A stretch of 64,000 nt of DNA, taken from positions 224,001-288,000 of the forward strand of contig CAVTHK010000007.1 in the NCBI GenBank assembly GCA_963734495.1. The letters run 5' to 3'. Positions within the stretch are counted from its first letter, which is position 1, and the number at the start of each line of letters is the position of its first letter. Under the pieces are notes generated by a model, which was given only the letters and a program-made list of their open reading frames with translations, was not told the DNA's origin and searched no databases. Origin of the DNA: an uncultured Spirochaetota bacterium (lineage in GTDB: Bacteria > Spirochaetota > Spirochaetia > SZUA-6 > CAVTHK01). This document shows positions 55,623-64,000 of the stretch, in pieces. The translations under genes were made by a program, and so were the position numbers.

Positions 55623-58600
55623 TTACCCCTTGACAGACAGCCCCTGGGAGTCCTGGCGCACCTCGCGCCTGATCTGCGGGATCGGCTTCCACTCGATGAC
55701 AATACTGAAGACGGGCGTCCAGACGTATTCCTCACCTCCGGTGTCCTTGGGAGTCAGCTTCTGGGAGCCCGAATACTCCAGGGCCACGTTCCAGTCCCCC
55801 AGGTCGTGCGTGGCTTTCACGGATATCGACCTCAATTTGAAGGCAGAGTCCTCCCTGCGGCTTCGCTGCAGGAAAGCGTACGACGACACCAGGTCGTCCA
55901 GAGGGTTCACCCAGGCCTCGCCGACCTGCTCCGCCCACGGCCTGATGTAGCGATACAGCTTGTTGTTGTAGGAGGTCACGGAGAAGTCGAGATCGATGAA
56001 GCGGTAGATGCTCGCCTTGAGCCCCGCCGTCAGCTCGAGCCGGCTGCTGGTGAACCGGTAGAGGTCGAAGAGCAGGGTGGAGGAAGCCTGGGGGATCAGG
56101 CGGATCCTGTTGTGCCAGAGGAAGATGGGTTGGCCAGGCGCCTGGTAGCCGAGAGACGTCTCGGCGGGCACCAGCTCCATGGGGGCCCCCGTGGCCACGA
56201 AGCCGCTGGAGGTGGCGCTCCATTCCACGGGCAGCCGTCGCTCCGCGAGGTAGCGGGCCGTGAACCCGAGGGCGGAGACGGAGCTCTCCAGAAGGCTCAC
56301 CGGCTGATCCCGGGTGTTCAGAACGACCCTCTGCGCCAGGAGCCATCCGCCGCTTGCGGAGCTCAACCTGATCAACCGAAGCGTGTTGTCCGAGCGATCG
56401 AGCTCCTGATCGTTGAGGTCGGACTCGGTGCGCGCCTGCAGTTCGGCCCAGGATACCGGATCGAGGGTCTCCGTGACCACGAGCGGGTCGTATACCCAGA
56501 CCGCGGCGGTTTCCTTGTACCCTGCCTTGACGTTGGTGTGCGAGAACCCGATCGTGAAGTCGCCCTCCCCCCGGTAGTAGGCGTCGCGCGGGGGGAGGTC
56601 GCCCTTGAGATCGAGAAAGTTCGCGACGCCTCCGGGCTGGTAGGTCAGCCTCCCGCCGAGGGCGTGCCTCGCCACGGTGTCGCTGTTCCAGTCGAAGAGC
56701 TGCGTGCGGTAGTCGGGCTTGTAACCCGCGGGCAGGGGCCCGCTCAGAAGCCCTTCGTAGTCGAGGGAGAGCATGTCCCAGGCCACGCCGTAGGTGAGCT
56801 GCGTCGTGGAGAACGCTCTGCGGGCGGCCAGGGGCAGGAGCGTGAGGTCGAGGCTGGGCCCGATGCCGAGGCGCGTGGCCTGGTAGTCCCTGACGAGGAG
56901 ATTATCCCAGTCCGCCTGCGCCTCGGCGGCCGCCCGGTTGAAGCGGGTCCTGTACACGCCTTCGACGTTGAGCGCCGCCCTCGCCTCCAGGCGCTGGTCC
57001 CAGAGCCGGGCGAGCGACTGCAGGCGCTGCGCGCCGGAAATTTCGACGTCACTGTACAGAAATTCGAAATCCACCGACCTGGGAGTGGTCCAGCCCTGCT
57101 GGTTGAACTGGCTCTCGAAGAAGAAGCGGGGCTCCACCGTGTAGCCCACCTCGAAGTAAGGCGGGGCTCGCGAGACGTCGAGGCCGGTAAGGTCGGCCTG
57201 GGCCGGAGGCAGCCGCAGCTCCGGCTCCGCGGGCGGCTCCTCCTCCTCGGCGCCGGGCAACGCGATCTTCGGCTCCCGGTCCGGGGCGCCGGGCTCCCCG
57301 CCGGGAGCGGCCGGTGCCGCAGGGGCGGGTTGCGCGGCAGGCGCGGCAGGGGCGGGAGACGCGGCGGTCGGCGGCGGCGGAGCAGCAGCCGGTGCCGGCG
57401 TCCCGGTGGTCAGCAGCTTGCCGGCCAGGCGCAGCTTGAGGTCGGGGGCGACGAGACGGGTCGGCGCGAAAAAGCGCCGTGACGGATCTTCCCCGTCGAC
57501 CGCCGCGTTGTAGTCCGCGTTGTCCCTGCCCTGCCAGTACAGCGCGAGATCGACCCGGGAGACCTCGAGCGTGTCGACCCAGGGGGGCGCGGGGGAGATC
57601 TTGTAGCGCCCCGTCGCGGTCCACGACAGATTGTCCCGCGTGCTCGGGTCCAGCCCGCTCGGCGTCGGCGCTGCCGTCGTCGCCTGGGGCCCCGCCATGA
57701 GGCCCGTCCAGTCGATCCGCTCGGAGCGGTTGAAGAAATCGGAGGAGAAGTAGGGATCGGAGAACAGGCTGATGGCCGCCTGGAGCGACCCCGGCTGGCC
57801 GGTGAGCGAGACATTGGTGTCGACCCCATAGCGGAAAGGCAGATCGAGCCCGCCCGCCTGCACCGTGTCCCAGGTGCTTTCCGTGCTGCCGGGGGCGTAC
57901 GGGCTGTAGGTCCCCGCCGTTTGCGGGTAGAGCCTCCGGCTGATGCCGAGGCCGCCTTTGATCGAGAGAGCCGGATCGAGCACCATGACCAGGCCCCCGA
58001 ACCAGCCGAGGCGGGAGTAGTAGTCTGCGAGGATCTTGAACACGTCCTTGTCGGGCGGTTTCGCGGGCTCCTGCGGCGCCTGGCCCTCCTTCGTCGTCTT
58101 GTGCAGGAAGATCCCCTCGGGCTGCGTCTGGTAGCTCGTCTGGTCGCCGGTGATCTGCAGGAACGACAGCGTGCTGGGCTTCTGCTCCGCCTGGCCGACC
58201 AGGTACGTGGTCGTCTGGATCAAGGTCCCCTCCCTGGCGCGGTAGCCGAGGGACGGGTGGAACACGATCTCGTCTCCGGGCTTGAAAAAGAAGGGAAGGT
58301 AGAACAGCGGAATGCGTCCGACCTTGAGCACAGCGTTGCTGATCGCCCATTCGCCCGGGCCGAGCACCCAGATCCGCGAAGCCGCGATCTGCCAGTACGG
58401 GTCGTCGGCGACCGAAGACGTGACGCTGCCGTCGCGCAGGATCACCGTCTCGTTGGAGCGGCGGATGATGCTCTCGCCCTGGTAGAAGAACGTGATCGGC
58501 GGCTGGCCTTCCTTCATCACGCGGTCGCCCTGCCCGCGGCCGTCGATGATCAGGCCGCCCCACCCTGACAGGTCGAAGGTGAAGCTCTCGCCGTGGAACA

Positions 58601-59168
58601 CCTCGGGCGCGCCGGTCTTGCGGACGAGCTCGTAGGTGACGCCGCCGGACGCGCTCAGCGTCCGGCGCGTCTGGTTCACGATCAGCCGGTCGGCGGAGAC
58701 GCGGTGGGAGACCCCGGCCTGCGCGTCGCGGAACTCGACGCGGACGTCGCCCTGCAGGATGAGGTAGTCCTCCTTGATCCCTTCTATGGTGAAGTAGTCC
58801 GTCGAGCGGGCGCTCTGGACCACGATCACCCGGGCGGGCTGGGCCGCCTCGGGAGGGGGCTGCACGCCGTAGTGGGCGTACAGGCGCGCCTGCAGGTCCG
58901 CCTTGCTGCCTGTCTCCGGAAGCCCCAGCCTGCGGCACCAGGCCACGAGCTCGTAGTAGTCGGCGGTCTGGATGTCGACGGGAAGAGTCTGAAGCTGCAG
59001 ATCGGGCTGCGCGGGCGCCGCCGGAGCCGGCCCGCTCGCCGGGGCGGGCTGCGCAGCGGGCGCGCCGGGCGCTCCCGGCTCGCCAGGCTGAGCGGGCTGA
59101 GCGGGCTGGGCGGGCGCGCGCGCTCCCAAGAGCGCAAACGCCACCGCGACCGCGGCCGCCGGTCTCAC
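55623..59168 (-). CDS. lptD: LptD-like outer-membrane assembly protein (TP0515-like)
   Basis: Signal peptide; beta-jellyroll region with ASRIWV..AVLKVGRIPLFYLPF; long beta-rich C-terminus with Pro/Ala linkers. Confidence 0.7.
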   Translation of the reverse strand: MRPAAAVAVAFALLGARAPAQPAQPAQPGEPGAPGAPAAQPAPASGPAPAAPAQPDLQLQTLPVDIQTADYYELVAWCRRLGLPETGSKADLQARLYAHYGVQPPPEAAQPARVIVVQSARSTDYFTIEGIKEDYLILQGDVRVEFRDAQAGVSHRVSADRLIVNQTRRTLSASGGVTYELVRKTGAPEVFHGESFTFDLSGWGGLIIDGRGQGDRVMKEGQPPITFFYQGESIIRRSNETVILRDGSVTSSVADDPYWQIAASRIWVLGPGEWAISNAVLKVGRIPLFYLPFFFKPGDEIVFHPSLGYRAREGTLIQTTTYLVGQAEQKPSTLSFLQITGDQTSYQTQPEGIFLHKTTKEGQAPQEPAKPPDKDVFKILADYYSRLGWFGGLVMVLDPALSIKGGLGISRRLYPQTAGTYSPYAPGSTESTWDTVQAGGLDLPFRYGVDTNVSLTGQPGSLQAAISLFSDPYFSSDFFNRSERIDWTGLMAGPQATTAAPTPSGLDPSTRDNLSWTATGRYKISPAPPWVDTLEVSRVDLALYWQGRDNADYNAAVDGEDPSRRFFAPTRLVAPDLKLRLAGKLLTTGTPAPAAAPPPPTAASPAPAAPAAQPAPAAPAAPGGEPGAPDREPKIALPGAEEEEPPAEPELRLPPAQADLTGLDVSRAPPYFEVGYTVEPRFFFESQFNQQGWTTPRSVDFEFLYSDVEISGAQRLQSLARLWDQRLEARAALNVEGVYRTRFNRAAAEAQADWDNLLVRDYQATRLGIGPSLDLTLLPLAARRAFSTTQLTYGVAWDMLSLDYEGLLSGPLPAGYKPDYRTQLFDWNSDTVARHALGGRLTYQPGGVANFLDLKGDLPPRDAYYRGEGDFTIGFSHTNVKAGYKETAAVWVYDPLVVTETLDPVSWAELQARTESDLNDQELDRSDNTLRLIRLSSASGGWLLAQRVVLNTRDQPVSLLESSVSALGFTARYLAERRLPVEWSATSSGFVATGAPMELVPAETSLGYQAPGQPIFLWHNRIRLIPQASSTLLFDLYRFTSSRLELTAGLKASIYRFIDLDFSVTSYNNKLYRYIRPWAEQVGEAWVNPLDDLVSSYAFLQRSRREDSAFKLRSISVKATHDLGDWNVALEYSGSQKLTPKDTGGEEYVWTPVFSIVIEWKPIPQIRREVRQDSQGLSVKG

Positions 59169-59171
59169 GCC

Positions 59172-62000
<2,829 letters not shown>

Positions 62001-62060
62001 CGGCGCGAGTGAGCCTACCGGAAAGCGCCGCGTTTTTCAACGCGGCGTACGCGGCCCGCC

Positions 62061-63000
62061 CTATGGCGCGGGCGTCGGCGGCCGGACGCGCACCGACAGC
62101 CGCTCGGGAAAGGGACGCGCGAGCTGCCGGTCCGCCCGGTCGCGCCATGGCCCCTCCAGCGGGCTGCCCGCAAGCAGGTGCCACGCGACCGCGGCGCCCC
62201 TGCCGTCGCCGAGGGCCTGGAGGGCGACCCCCAGGTCGTAGATCGCTTCGGGCAGCGTGCCTTGTTCCAGCGAGGCGCGGATGTCGGGCTCCCGCCCCGC
62301 CAGGGACAGGAACCGCGAGACGCTTTCGTAGTCGTAATGCGGCAGCCGGCGCTGGTACTCCTCGATCGCGCGCGACAGCTCGATGATCATGGCGAACAGG
62401 GCGTGCTCCACCGCGTCGGCCGGCCTGCCCGTGCGGGAGTAGTACCACGCCAGGCCGCCGTGCGCGCGGGCCGTCGGCAGGTCGGGCATCCGGTAGAGCG
62501 CGAGCAGGCGGTCGATCCCGCTCTGGCTGAACACGCGGGCGACGTCGTCGTGAAGCCGCTCGAAGCGCGTGTCCGAAGCCTCGGCGAGGGCCGAGCGGAG
62601 CGCCTCCTCCATCCGATCGTACCGCTGCGCCTGGCGGAACATGTCCGCCATCTCGTACAGCACCGTGAACCGGTCACCGGGCGCCTCGAACGCAGCCTTG
62701 AGCTCGTAAGCCTTGCGGTAGTGCCATTCCGCGAGGTCCGGCTCCCCCTGCGTCCTGAAGATGTCGCCCATGGCCATCTCGACCTCGGGGGTCTTGTAGC
62801 CTGCGGCGCGCACCCGCTGGAAGAGCTCGAGCGCTTCCCCGAGCTCGCCGGCGTCCTGCGCGCTCGACCGCACGCTCGTAGACCAGCCAGGCAGGCTCAT
62901 CCGCGAGCGGCGCAAGAGGGGAAGCCGCCTGCGCGCACGCGGGCGGAGCAAGGGAAAGGGCGAGGATCGGGAATGCGACGATCAGGAGGCGAATCCTCAT
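62061..63000 (-). CDS. Exported TPR-like protein (frameshift near 62860)
   Basis: Signal peptide in ORF 62674..63042; TPR-like helices in ORF 62061..62951. Confidence 0.6.
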
Positions 63001-63093
63001 CGATGGCCTCGGCCCGCGTCCGCCCCGGGCGGCAGCGGGCACACTATCAGTAACGGCAGCTTCGCGCGGACGGATTACGCGCGCCGCCGCCCG

Positions 63094-63519
63094 TCACAGC
63101 ACCGTGATCAGGAAGACCATCGTGAAGATCGCGATCGACTCGATGAGGCCCAGGGCTATGATGTAGTTGGTAAAGCCTTTGCCGGTCTCGCCGTGGGCAT
63201 CGCAGGCGGCCGCTCCGATCACGCCCTGGAACCATGCCGAAATGCCGATCGCCAGCCCGCCGAAGAGCCCGGCGCCCAGCTTGGCCATCGGTGGAACCGA
63301 CGAGCCCCGGATGGCACCCAGCAGGATGAAGCCGTAGAAGGTCTGCGTCATCGGGGCCGCCACGTACGTGATCATGATAAAGGCGGCCGGCCTGTTCTGG
63401 AGAAAGGCCTTCTTCCACGCCCCCGCGGCGGCCGCGCCGGCGGCCCCGATCCCGAGACCCGAGCCGCAGGCCGAAAGGCCCAGGGCAGCGGCAAACCCCA
63501 AGTCACCGAGTATGTCCAT
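63094..63519 (-). CDS. atpK: V/A-type ATP synthase subunit K (c ring)
   Basis: Four TM helices, GS.LGIG.AG, PMTQTFYG, GLIES; GGAGG RBS. Confidence 0.92.
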   Translation of the reverse strand: MDILGDLGFAAALGLSACGSGLGIGAAGAAAAGAWKKAFLQNRPAAFIMITYVAAPMTQTFYGFILLGAIRGSSVPPMAKLGAGLFGGLAIGISAWFQGVIGAAACDAHGETGKGFTNYIIALGLIESIAIFTMVFLITVL

Positions 63520-63578
63520 CGTTCCTCCTGCGTTGCCTGCGAACGCGCCTGCTCATTCTGCGCCCCCACGGGGTCGCC

Positions 63579-64000
63579 TTATTCCTGTCTGAACGGCGAG
63601 TACTTCGTGCCCTTCCATTCGAGCCCGAGGTGATTGGAGAACTCGAGCACGTTCAACCGCACACCGTGCACGATGAGCGAGAGGCTGCCCATGGTCAGGT
63701 TCAGCCCGTGGCCGACGAGCGCTATGAGCACGAGCCCGATGATCCCGGGGAACTCCTGTCCCATGGCGGCGCTCATGGAGTTGACGGCGGCCCCGACCTT
63801 GGCGCCCGCGAGACCCACGGCGAAGAGTCGGACGTAGGAAACGGTGTCCGCGAACATGCTGATGCTGTTCAGCACCTTGAGCGGAAGCCAGGCGATCCCC
63901 GCCAGGAACCCTTTGACCACGCGGCCCTTCTGCTCGCCGAAGAGCACGATCAGCACGAGGCCGGAAAAGACGAGGGTCAGCGCTGCCTGCCCGAAAGTCA
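63579..64000 (-). CDS. atpI: V/A-type ATP synthase subunit I (C-terminal part)
   Basis: DTVSYVRLFAVGLA, HGVRLNVLEF, YSPF. Confidence 0.92.
   Translation of the reverse strand, partial: TFGQAALTLVFSGLVLIVLFGEQKGRVVKGFLAGIAWLPLKVLNSISMFADTVSYVRLFAVGLAGAKVGAAVNSMSAAMGQEFPGIIGLVLIALVGHGLNLTMGSLSLIVHGVRLNVLEFSNHLGLEWKGTKYSPFRQE

Noticed and set aside
57230..57410. Pro/Ala-rich quasi-repeats in lptD (also 59010-59120 and the secG tail)
   Set aside because: Ordinary low-complexity coding linkers, not a DNA-level array.

Overview
This is a 64 kb stretch of core chromosome from a high-GC bacterium. The gene set points to Spirochaetota: a UPF0164/TP0548-like OMP, recycling-type EF-G2, a TP0515-like LptD, a V-type ATPase and a PilZ-HEAT-comEC-rsmA block. 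It holds about 60 mostly housekeeping CDSs (pgm, pta, dapB/dapA, rsmA, fabZ, rpsU, recJ, pdp, recO, lon, dtd, two EF-G paralogues, htrA, map, nusB, secG, tpiA, pgk, ybeY, phoH, uvrA), tRNA-Lys(UUU), tRNA-Leu(UAA) and a decayed tRNA-Leu(CAA)-like gene. About 17 genes are split by single-base frameshifts, best explained as long-read indel errors rather than pseudogenes. I found no CRISPR array, transposase, integrase or prophage. The most unusual signals are: (1) a three-unit double-hairpin repeat array abutting the dapA RBS; (2) rpsU with an obligatory non-canonical ATC start; (3) two tandem EF-G paralogues with reciprocal motif loss, downstream of a promoter-bearing pseudo-tRNA; (4) a beta-barrel/lipoprotein/beta-barrel cassette; (5) several apparently leaderless genes; (6) unexpected domains (SAP-like in LptD, FlgT-like in a TPR protein, DEDDh-like in RecJ). 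All family calls come from reading motifs by eye, with no database search.
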